64,000 nucleotides of DNA from a virus. The notes beneath the pieces are model-generated. The model saw only the letters and a program-made list of their open reading frames with translations. It ran no database searches and was not told the DNA's origin. The translations under genes and the position numbers were made by a program. This document shows, piece by piece, positions 19,033 to 26,993 of this stretch. How positions within the stretch are numbered: position 1 is the stretch's first letter; each line of letters starts with the position of its first letter. The DNA lies in IMG/VR virus record IMGVR_UViG_3300020048_000052, positions 1-64,000 of that record. One strand, 5' to 3'.

Positions 19033-20023
19033 GTGCCTGTTGCATTTTCTCTTTAATATTTATTCCAAACGGGCAATTAGAAGAACATTGGCTGTCACAG
19101 TCTTTACAGTCATTTACATTATATTTATATTTTTCATAACTGTCTTTCATGTCAAGTCCAAACTTTTCTTGATATATTGCGCATTTTAATATACCGGGCT
19201 GCGACATTGCCCAACCATATTTCTGGCATGGCCTGCATTCGTTGCAAAACCTACAAAAGTCAGAACCAAAAAAATCAACTATCTGATTTTCTAAAATCAT
19301 AATTTCTTTTTCAGATAGTTTTTCAGCAAAGCAATATGCATTTGCTATTTGTTGTAATTGTTCTATAGAACGATAAGCCGGAATGATTAAGTCACCATTG
19401 TATGCAGAAAAATTCATAACTTTTTGCAATGTCACAGTGCGTTTAAATTCATTATCAGAAGGCCCTCCAAGCAATATTCCGCTTGCGAAGTTTTTCATAG
19501 TGACTACACTAATTCCTTTTTCTTTTGCACATTGAATAATAGATTCAAACTCCCTATGCATTAAAGAAAATGGTACCATTATTATATCTACAAATCCACT
19601 TTCTATTGCAGTCATTGCAGCAGTAACTGAATGCCCAGAAACACCTACACTTTTTATAAACCCTTTGTCCTTAATATTTTTCATCTCATGTAAAACGTTC
19701 ATAGATTTTTCCAAGGTTTCGTCATCATCTATAAACGAATGGCCAAAATAAAAGTCTACATAGTCAGTATTGAGTTTACCTAAACTATTTACCAAAGACA
19801 AATGAAGTTCTTTGACTGTAGCTGCCTTTGTCTTAGTAGACAATAAATAGGACTCCCTCTGATAGTCTCTAAGCGCATGCCCAAAAAATTCTTCACTAGC
19901 ACCATATGCTGGAGAAGTATCAAAAATCCTAATATCTAGCATATCATATGCATATCTGATTATTCTTTCAGGATGGTCAACAGGATTTACAAAGTAACCA
20001 CCCATTCCCAATTTTGCTTTCAT
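18986..20023 (-). CDS. Aldo/keto reductase with C-terminal 4Fe-4S domain
   Basis: FDTSPAYGASE, LSTK, SLGKLNTDYVD, VGVSGH, CRFCNECRPC...CKDC...CPFGI. Confidence 0.88.
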   Translation of the reverse strand: MKAKLGMGGYFVNPVDHPERIIRYAYDMLDIRIFDTSPAYGASEEFFGHALRDYQRESYLLSTKTKAATVKELHLSLVNSLGKLNTDYVDFYFGHSFIDDDETLEKSMNVLHEMKNIKDKGFIKSVGVSGHSVTAAMTAIESGFVDIIMVPFSLMHREFESIIQCAKEKGISVVTMKNFASGILLGGPSDNEFKRTVTLQKVMNFSAYNGDLIIPAYRSIEQLQQIANAYCFAEKLSEKEIMILENQIVDFFGSDFCRFCNECRPCQKYGWAMSQPGILKCAIYQEKFGLDMKDSYEKYKYNVNDCKDCDSQCSSNCPFGINIKEKMQQAHDLFSGVDKDETISK

Positions 20024-20036
20024 ATTAAATCTCTCC

Positions 20037-20483
20037 TTATAATAAGCGTTCAGCTGTTAACAGAATTTGTTCCATACACTCATCTATACAATATTTAGAA
20101 GTGTTTATATTTAATACTTTTAAAGAAGTATTTTCTAAATACTGCCTATATTGTTGCTTTACATAATCAATCTGTTGTAAATCAATATCTTTTTCATCAT
20201 GTTCTATAAACCTTTTCTTAATATCTTCAGTATCGGCAAAAACATGAACAAACATAACTGGAATAGGAGATTTTGTTAAAAAACTTTCCAAATTTCTAAA
20301 ACTTTCCAAACTTGGAGTTGAATTTTTATTATGAAGCCTCCCATAAACATACTGACATGGAGTAAACCTGTCCACGCAAATATGTTGGTTTGTTCTTTTT
20401 AAGATATTTTTCATAAGTGTACTTTTGCCAGTCTTATCGCAGCCGACGAAAAGCAAAATTGCCATTTTAAAAACCCCCTTCAC
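20037..20483 (-). CDS. Short dNMP-kinase-like P-loop protein (second nucleotide kinase)
   Basis: FVGCDKTGKST, VDRF, INTS. Confidence 0.8.
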   Translation of the reverse strand: MKGVFKMAILLFVGCDKTGKSTLMKNILKRTNQHICVDRFTPCQYVYGRLHNKNSTPSLESFRNLESFLTKSPIPVMFVHVFADTEDIKKRFIEHDEKDIDLQQIDYVKQQYRQYLENTSLKVLNINTSKYCIDECMEQILLTAERLL

Positions 20484-20499
20484 CTTAAATATACACCTT

Positions 20500-20542
20500 C
20501 TAGAACCCTGCTAGATTAACAAACACAGGGTGCCTAATATGT
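20500..20542 (+). repeat. 43-bp dispersed repeat, copy 1
   Basis: 41/43 identical to the reverse complement of 51194-51236. Confidence 0.92.
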
Positions 20543-21499
20543 TTATATGTTCCACTTTTCGACTATATCTAGAAGGTCTATAAACGGTATAATCAAATTA
20601 CTTAATTCAGATGGAATACGATTAGTATTGTCATAACAATCTTTAAGAAAAACCACATAACCTTCTTTTGCAACATCGATCGCAATCTCAATACAATCTT
20701 CTACCATAAAAAGCATTTTAGGAAATTCTTTTATGATTTTAAGATGTTTCTCTTTATCCCAAATAATAGCGTCGAAATATATATTGTTTTCCTTAAGGAA
20801 CTTTAATGTGTCCGGATAAATAGTGTAATATTCCTTATAAGGGCGTGCTGTAAGAATTACCACTTTATATCCTTTTTGATGAAGTAAATTAGTAAATTCT
20901 GAAGCATGTTTGCAAGCAGGCATAGAAGATTTCCATCCTGACTGGCGATAGTCAGACTTAAGTCTTTCATAATAAATCGTACCAAGCCCTGCCTTTGCTT
21001 CTTCTAATGAATTAAATTTCTGTCCAACTCTCGCCCGAACAAACTCCAAGAACCAAAATGGATATTCTCCTAAGACGCCATCAATGTCAACTGCTGCAAT
21101 CTTTTCGTCTTTGTCAATAAGTTTTAAATCATGTTCTTGTGTCCATCTCTGGTCAACAACCCAGCTTTTTCTAAGATATTCCTCATAATAATCTTCAAAG
21201 GTCATACCCCAGATTTGTGCAAGTCCTACTGAGAATTTATTGACATCGATTATTTCTTCATATAAATTCGAAGGAATAAATTCTGTTTCAATATTGCGAT
21301 GCTCTTTCCAATTCGGAATTTCATCCAGCACTTCCATTGATTCTTTTACTATAGAAAGCAATTGGTTTTTAGACCAAAATACTTTTTCTTCCATAGTCAT
21401 GTCTTCCATTTCTTTACCTATCTTTGCCCTGTAAAACTTCCTGTTAAATTCTAACTGAACGTCCCACAAATGCTTAAGCTTGTCTTTATCGTTTTGCAT
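20543..21499 (-). CDS. Fusion of all-alpha NTP pyrophosphatase (dimeric dUTPase/MazG-like) and HAD 5'-nucleotidase
   Basis: N-terminal KESMEVLDEIPNWK...EEIID; C-terminal VDIDGV, ILTARP, VEDC. Confidence 0.82.
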   Translation of the reverse strand: MQNDKDKLKHLWDVQLEFNRKFYRAKIGKEMEDMTMEEKVFWSKNQLLSIVKESMEVLDEIPNWKEHRNIETEFIPSNLYEEIIDVNKFSVGLAQIWGMTFEDYYEEYLRKSWVVDQRWTQEHDLKLIDKDEKIAAVDIDGVLGEYPFWFLEFVRARVGQKFNSLEEAKAGLGTIYYERLKSDYRQSGWKSSMPACKHASEFTNLLHQKGYKVVILTARPYKEYYTIYPDTLKFLKENNIYFDAIIWDKEKHLKIIKEFPKMLFMVEDCIEIAIDVAKEGYVVFLKDCYDNTNRIPSELSNLIIPFIDLLDIVEKWNI

Positions 21500-22403
21500 T
21501 AATCAAACCCCCATCTCTACAAATTTTGACAATATCATCTGTTTTTATATCATGGTCCCAACTTGCATATCTTCCAAGAAACAAAATATCATTTATTTCT
21601 TGAACCTTACCGCTCTGAATCTGACCAACAGGAATAACGTGATGTTCGCGAGAATACATTGACCAAGTTTGAATTATAGACTTATAACTCTTATTTGTCG
21701 TATATTCTATTGAAGCCTTTCCATTTCCTGTTTTAGATATCCTATGATATCCGTGAGCTGAGTCTGGGAAATATATATAATCAAACTCCCCAAAGTCAAT
21801 TTGGTCTTCATTCATTACTACAAAAACCTTTTGAACATACTTAAGTTCTTGTTCTGGTTGCAAGTTTGAAATTTTAAAGAATACCGGTGCAGGAATTGTC
21901 GATACCAAACTATCATATCTTAAAATTTCAGAACCATCAGATTCTACTTTTAAGATATGATTTGTAGTATCGATTAAACTAACTTTACCGTTTATAGGTT
22001 TTTCTATACTATTTACTAAAATACTAACAACTTTGTCCCAATCAATATCGAAATATTCAATAAAACTCTTACCGTCTGACATTATTGAACTTGGTACAAT
22101 AGCTGCCGTATGTAAACATCTTGACTTAATATAATATTTTTTTCTTAAGTCTTCAGATATTGAATTTACAAGCTTTCCTTCTACTTTATAACCTATTTTA
22201 GCGATTTTGATAGGGCATTCTTTTATGCCTAAATCATTAAGAAATTCTTTAGAATATTGATTTACTTCTAATATTCTTGGGCCAACATTTTTAGAAACCA
22301 TTTGACCGCCAATATCTTGAGAAATAATCTTATATTCTTTATTATAATAAGCCGCAATTAAACCGGCAATCCCTCCACCAATAATATACTTTGACAACCT
22401 CAA
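21486..22403 (-). CDS. FAD-dependent oxidoreductase/mutase resembling UDP-galactopyranose mutase
   Basis: IIGGGIAG, GGQ, GPRIL, LVSTIP, YIYFPD, YHRIS, FLGRYASW...TDD. Confidence 0.7.
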   Translation of the reverse strand: MRLSKYIIGGGIAGLIAAYYNKEYKIISQDIGGQMVSKNVGPRILEVNQYSKEFLNDLGIKECPIKIAKIGYKVEGKLVNSISEDLRKKYYIKSRCLHTAAIVPSSIMSDGKSFIEYFDIDWDKVVSILVNSIEKPINGKVSLIDTTNHILKVESDGSEILRYDSLVSTIPAPVFFKISNLQPEQELKYVQKVFVVMNEDQIDFGEFDYIYFPDSAHGYHRISKTGNGKASIEYTTNKSYKSIIQTWSMYSREHHVIPVGQIQSGKVQEINDILFLGRYASWDHDIKTDDIVKICRDGGLINAKR

Positions 22404-22427
22404 AACCTCCTACTGCTTTATAATATA

Positions 22428-22456
22428 ATTATATCACATTTAATACACTTATTAAC
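22428..22456 (-). promoter_or_regulatory. Conserved phage promoter heading the modification cluster
   Basis: GTTAAT-N14-TGATATAAT exact. Confidence 0.8.
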
Positions 22457-22526
22457 GCATTGAGTTTTATTTTTTCTTTCAAAAACAGTATTGTCATTTT
22501 ATTCTATGCAGAAAAATTTGCAAAAT

Positions 22527-22558
22527 AAAAGGGAGAGGTTTAAGCCTCCCCCTTTTTT
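22527..22558. terminator. Intrinsic (possibly bidirectional) terminator
   Basis: AAAAGGGAGAGG...CCTCCCCCTTTTTT. Confidence 0.7.
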
Positions 22559-22568
22559 AAAGTTATAT

Positions 22569-23393
22569 TTACTTTCCAAAATTCTTTAAAGCTTCCTTGA
22601 TAAGCTTTAAAGCTACGGCAGTATCGCCGCCATCATAAATTGCCTTTGTTGTTCCTAAGTGCTTTTGTTTTGCTTCCTCTTCTGTGTATTTTGTGATACC
22701 GTCAACGTCGGAAGAAACTTCAGCATTAAGCTCTACTACAAGAGTTTTGCCGGTGGAAACAGCCTTGAGCAACCTTTTGCCGTCCTTAACATATGTTACG
22801 CCGGTTTTTCTTTCACGCTTTTCAAAATCTTCACCAAGAAGTTCGTCAATTTCTGCAGTGAAAGCTGCAAATTCCTCATTCTTCTTTTGAGTATCTACAG
22901 TTGTGCCTTCGGGACGACCTTTCTTGCCTGACTCTTTCTTTTCTTCTTTACCTTTTGCTTTGCCTTTGTCGACAGCCTTAGTGCTTTTCTTATCAGCTAC
23001 CTTTTTAGCAACGTCGCTTGCTGCTTTTTCAATTTCTTTGTCAGGGTCGGCTTCGCCGTCACCGTCGCCAGCTTCTGCATCTGCATCTTCCCCAGCTTCA
23101 GTATCTTCGCCAGCTTCTGCATCCGCATCTTCCCCAGCTTCTGCATCTTCATCACCAGTGTCTTCGCCGCCAGCTTCTGCATCTTCATCAGCCTCTTCAA
23201 AAGACTCGCCGCAGTAGGGGCATGTTTTTACATCAGGAATGTCTTTTGCACATGAAGGGCATTCATAACCAAGTTCCATTTCAGAAAGCTTTTCGTCGAT
23301 AAGTCCCTCAAGTTCTTTTGCTTTTTTTGAGGATGTTTCAATCCCCAAGTCCTTGCAGCCGCTTTGCAAGGAAGAAACAGTAATTTTACCCAT
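22569..23393 (-). CDS. Hypothetical protein: double Zn ribbon, acidic EDADAEAG repeats, Lys-rich linker, C-terminal globular domain
   Basis: CPSC...CPYC; low-complexity acidic then basic segments; own promoter and terminator. Confidence 0.8.
   Translation of the reverse strand: MGKITVSSLQSGCKDLGIETSSKKAKELEGLIDEKLSEMELGYECPSCAKDIPDVKTCPYCGESFEEADEDAEAGGEDTGDEDAEAGEDADAEAGEDTEAGEDADAEAGDGDGEADPDKEIEKAASDVAKKVADKKSTKAVDKGKAKGKEEKKESGKKGRPEGTTVDTQKKNEEFAAFTAEIDELLGEDFEKRERKTGVTYVKDGKRLLKAVSTGKTLVVELNAEVSSDVDGITKYTEEEAKQKHLGTTKAIYDGGDTAVALKLIKEALKNFGK
23066..23190. repeat. Imperfect tandem coding repeats (CCAGCTTCTGCATC units) encoding E-D-A-(D-A)-E-A-G
   Basis: Five or more units visible. Confidence 0.85.
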
Positions 23394-23448
23394 AATTGCA
23401 TCTCCTTCTTTGATTTTAATTTATTCAGTTTAAATAACTGTTAATTAT

Positions 23449-23477
23449 AATATATCATCTTTTTTTCTAAAATAAAC
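23449..23477 (-). promoter_or_regulatory. Variant promoter GTTTAT-N14-TGATATATT
   Basis: Same spacing as consensus, 2 mismatches. Confidence 0.6.
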
Positions 23478-23495
23478 GACTTTTAGTAAAAAAGT

Positions 23496-24263
23496 TTATA
23501 ATAAATGGATTTTGTTATAAATGTCTTTTAAAACTGGATATATTTTATTTTTTATAGTTCTAGAAACCACCACAGATGCAGATTGTTCAGACGCATAACG
23601 TTTATCATTGAATAGTTTATTAGCAATATCAATCTGTTTCATATTATCTCTAAACAGCATTATAAAAATTTCTTTAGTTTGTTTGTCAAACTTATCAACA
23701 ATACCATTCAAGCAATGATTAAACGTTACTTCATCTTCAAAACTTCCATTTTGTGAAATTTCAAATTCCATTCTATCAGAAAGTGTTTCATCATCCTCTT
23801 CACCGGAAGATGGTGAAAATATACTTACCGACATTACATTAGATTTTCTTTCTTCACTGTATTCTCTTCTTAATTCGTTTTGAAGATAGGCTCCTAAATT
23901 GAACTTTATATATTTTGAAATGCTAGTCGAAGGTTCGTGATAATCTCCGTGTTTTGTTATAACATGAAGCTTATAGACAGATTCTGTCTTAGCCTGTATT
24001 CCGCATATAGGGCATCTAAATCTATATTTATGAATACATTGCCAAACGACTAAATAAGCGATATTGATAAAATCATCTAATGCCATTAAGGTTGAAGGAT
24101 AATTACGCATTTTTTGTTGACATACAGAGTATATGTAATTCCTAACCTCACTGCTCTTTATAATATCCTCAAATATCGCTTCGTCTCCAGTTTCTTTATA
24201 AAGCAAAAATTTAGCCTCATCAAATTTCCTTTCCTCCATTTTGTAAACCCCCATTTTAACCAT
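23496..24263 (-). CDS. Sigma70-family-like RNA polymerase sigma factor with an inserted C2H2 zinc finger
   Basis: Region 2-like DDFINIAYLVVWQCIHKY...SISKYIKFNLGAYLQNELRR; ETLSD; region 4-like KEIFIML...MKQIDIANKL...VSR; CPICG-x-H-x4-H insert. Confidence 0.7.
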   Translation of the reverse strand: MVKMGVYKMEERKFDEAKFLLYKETGDEAIFEDIIKSSEVRNYIYSVCQQKMRNYPSTLMALDDFINIAYLVVWQCIHKYRFRCPICGIQAKTESVYKLHVITKHGDYHEPSTSISKYIKFNLGAYLQNELRREYSEERKSNVMSVSIFSPSSGEEDDETLSDRMEFEISQNGSFEDEVTFNHCLNGIVDKFDKQTKEIFIMLFRDNMKQIDIANKLFNDKRYASEQSASVVVSRTIKNKIYPVLKDIYNKIHLL

Positions 24264-24374
24264 TAAAACAAATTGTCTTAACGGTGTATAATTTTATATC
24301 TATTTGGAAATAATATTTATTATAATATAATTATACACCTCTTTAATCTAAAAGTAAATTCTTTTTTTGCATTT

Positions 24375-26267
24375 TTAGTGTCTATTTGTCATGAGATTCA
24401 TTTCAGTCAAAAACCTACTCGGTTTTAATTCTCTAACTCCACCACCAACAGTAGCGCTTTGAACAAAACTTAATAGCAATCTTTCCTTTGCTCTCGTAAC
24501 TCCAACATATGCTAAGCGCCTTTCCTCTTCTAAACCTATTGGGTCTGAATTTCTACCATGCGGTAAAATTGCTTCGTTCACTCCAATCATAATTACGTTA
24601 TCCCATTCAAGTCCTTTTGACCTATGTATTGTAGATAAAATTACTTTATTCTTTGGTTCGCGTTTTTTCTTTTTAGTGTTTAACATATCTATATATTCGA
24701 TAAATTTCATAATTGTAGGGAATTTTCCGGATGCACGAATAAGTTCTTTTATATTAGACGACCTATTACTTTCTTCATCTGCTTCTCCTTCTTGTTTTGC
24801 AATATATTCATAATATTTTATAGATTCAACTAACCAAGATATTAACGTCTGAGGAGAATCATCTTTCCTTTTTCTAATATCTTCAATAGTCTGTAACAAA
24901 TCGCTTATCTGTGATTCTTGGTTCCTTGTAGTCGGCATATCTTTTAAAGCTTGTTCAAAACTACATCCATTGTTTTTTCTAAATTCTGCAATCCCATCAA
25001 TAAAAGCTTTACCTAAAAACCTAAAAGGGACATTGATTATTCTTTCAAATCCTTCATCAGTCCTACCACCGCAATCCAAAGCAGCATAGAAATAATGTAA
25101 TATATCTTTTATTTCTTTTCTTTGATAAAAATTCATCCCACCAACAAGCTCATATGGTATATTTTCTATAATTAAGCAGTCCTCCATAGCTCTAGATTGT
25201 GCGTTAGTTCTATAGAGGACTGCGATTTGTCCATATTTCTTTTCTTCAAACTCAGGAAGACTTTTAATATATTCGACAACCCTTAATGCCTCTTCATCAA
25301 AATCAGCACTATCAATTATCTTTAAACTTCCATCCTTTTGTTTCTGTGCAGAAAGAACTTTCTGCAGCCTTTTAATATTATTGGAAATAAGTGGATTTGC
25401 AAGTTTACCTACAATTTGCGGGCATCTATAATTTTTCTCCATCCTTATTACTCTAGCACCAAAATTCTGTTCAAAATTAATCATATATTCTGGTACAGCA
25501 CCTCGCCAAGAATATATTGACTGGTCATCGTCTCCAACAACCATTATATTATTACCTGGCAGAGTCATCATCTTCATTATCTCATACTGTGCTTTATTTG
25601 TGTCCTGAAACTCATCGACAATAACATATTTAAACTTTTTCTGCCAATACTCTAAAATTTCTGGATGTTCATCAAAAATCTCCCAACACCGAATTAACAT
25701 ATCATCAAAAGTTAAAAACTGTCTTTCTTCACGATATTTTTCAAATTTTTCATAAGCCTGTTTAAGCAAAAGACCGTGCAGCTGAATATCTACATCGCAT
25801 GGCCTTACCAGAGAATTTTTACAATTAGAAATGAAACTTTCGACTTCGCTTATCCTTGCGTCCTTCCAGTTCATGCATTGATATCCAAGAACATATTTCA
25901 AAAGAGTTTTTGATTTACTGCCGGATGCATCAAGGTCGTATTTAGCTTTAACTTTTCTAAGTTCTTCTAAAAGAATCTTATAACATATTGAATGGAATGT
26001 GGAAACCTGTATTTCTTCAGTATCTACACCCAATGCTTTAAGCCTTTCGTTCATTTCGTTAGCTGCCTTTTTGGTAAACGTAGTTGCCAGAATCTCACTT
26101 GGTTTAGCAACTTTCTGTTTAATCATACGACTTATTCTCTCAACAACAGCAGTAGTTTTTCCGGCCCCTGCCACTGCAACAACAACGCAAGCTCCATCAT
26201 TATGGTTTATAACTTCCATTTGCTGCTCATTAAATTGTTTTTTCTGCTTTACTATTTTTAACGCCAT
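24375..26267 (-). CDS. pcrA: UvrD/PcrA SF1 helicase
   Basis: AVAGAGKT, TFTKKAA, STFHS, VDEFQD, VGDDDQSIY, NYR, YRTN, TIHRSKGLE, EERRLAYVGVTRA. Confidence 0.95.
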   Translation of the reverse strand: MALKIVKQKKQFNEQQMEVINHNDGACVVVAVAGAGKTTAVVERISRMIKQKVAKPSEILATTFTKKAANEMNERLKALGVDTEEIQVSTFHSICYKILLEELRKVKAKYDLDASGSKSKTLLKYVLGYQCMNWKDARISEVESFISNCKNSLVRPCDVDIQLHGLLLKQAYEKFEKYREERQFLTFDDMLIRCWEIFDEHPEILEYWQKKFKYVIVDEFQDTNKAQYEIMKMMTLPGNNIMVVGDDDQSIYSWRGAVPEYMINFEQNFGARVIRMEKNYRCPQIVGKLANPLISNNIKRLQKVLSAQKQKDGSLKIIDSADFDEEALRVVEYIKSLPEFEEKKYGQIAVLYRTNAQSRAMEDCLIIENIPYELVGGMNFYQRKEIKDILHYFYAALDCGGRTDEGFERIINVPFRFLGKAFIDGIAEFRKNNGCSFEQALKDMPTTRNQESQISDLLQTIEDIRKRKDDSPQTLISWLVESIKYYEYIAKQEGEADEESNRSSNIKELIRASGKFPTIMKFIEYIDMLNTKKKKREPKNKVILSTIHRSKGLEWDNVIMIGVNEAILPHGRNSDPIGLEEERRLAYVGVTRAKERLLLSFVQSATVGGGVRELKPSRFLTEMNLMTNRH

Positions 26268-26298
26268 TCTAACAACCCCTTTGTTTATCTATAATTAT

Positions 26299-26327
26299 AT
26301 TATATTAAAAGGTTGGCTCATTTTAAC
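26299..26327 (-). promoter_or_regulatory. Variant promoter GTTAAA-N14-TAATATAAT
   Basis: Same spacing as consensus. Confidence 0.65.
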
Positions 26328-26411
26328 AAAAGATAGTTAAAATTGCATTAAGTTATTAAATTTTTAATCTTTATAATGCATAAACCAATGATTTTCCTTA
26401 TTATATAATAT

Positions 26412-26436
26412 AAAAAGGTAGGCCGACGCCTACCTT
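26412..26436 (-). terminator. Intrinsic terminator
   Basis: AAGGTAGGC/GCCTACCTT stem plus T-run. Confidence 0.75.
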
Positions 26437-26776
26437 AAACTGAAACACCACACATAATTCTATATTTAAAATCATACTCTTTTAATAGATTGTTAATGGT
26501 TTGAGAATTATTATCTATAAAAGATGAAAACGTAATTATGTTTGGTGAAGTAATACTGCAATTTAATTCAATAGATTTATTATAAATCATCAACATCTTC
26601 ATTAGTTCTATACGAGACCATTTTACATTTTTGTTTTTTACCAAGTCTGTAATAAAACTTCTGCGACGTTCGTCTAAACTATAAAATTCTTCAACAGTAC
26701 TTTCTATTAAGTTTTGAATATCTGCAAGATTATACATATATTTATCCCCCCTTATAGTTAATGCGCGGCCACTCAA
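26435..26776 (-). CDS. Hypothetical protein (likely start about 26737)
   Basis: ORF; GGGGG RBS before an internal ATG. Confidence 0.55.
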   Translation of the reverse strand: MSGRALTIRGDKYMYNLADIQNLIESTVEEFYSLDERRRSFITDLVKNKNVKWSRIELMKMLMIYNKSIELNCSITSPNIITFSSFIDNNSQTINNLLKEYDFKYRIMCGVSV

Positions 26777-26969
26777 TCAGATTGGCATTTTCGTTAAAAT
26801 CTGCTGAATTCATAAGCAATTCAAACTCGTTTTCAGTAACCCACTCCACTATAGGTTCTTTACTGTCTGAAGTCAAATCAATCCATTTAATTCTATACTT
26901 AATTATGCCATCTTTAGTTTTGAATTTTGTAATGTTTCGCATAACACCGCCCCTATATATTATATCCAT
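26742..26969 (-). CDS. Hypothetical protein (likely start about 26943)
   Basis: ORF with GGCGGTG RBS. Confidence 0.55.
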   Translation of the reverse strand: MDIIYRGGVMRNITKFKTKDGIIKYRIKWIDLTSDSKEPIVEWVTENEFELLMNSADFNENANLIEWPRINYKGG

Positions 26970-26993
26970 AGATTATAAAAATTAAATGCAGAC

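Noticed and set aside
23066-23190. Repeat array as possible CRISPR
   Set aside because: In-frame coding repeats without unique spacers; no cas genes in the window
24330-24358. Promoter upstream of the sigma-like gene as another GTTAAT copy
   Set aside because: Reads TTTACT-N17-TATAAT, closer to an ordinary sigmaA promoter, so not counted among the ten copies
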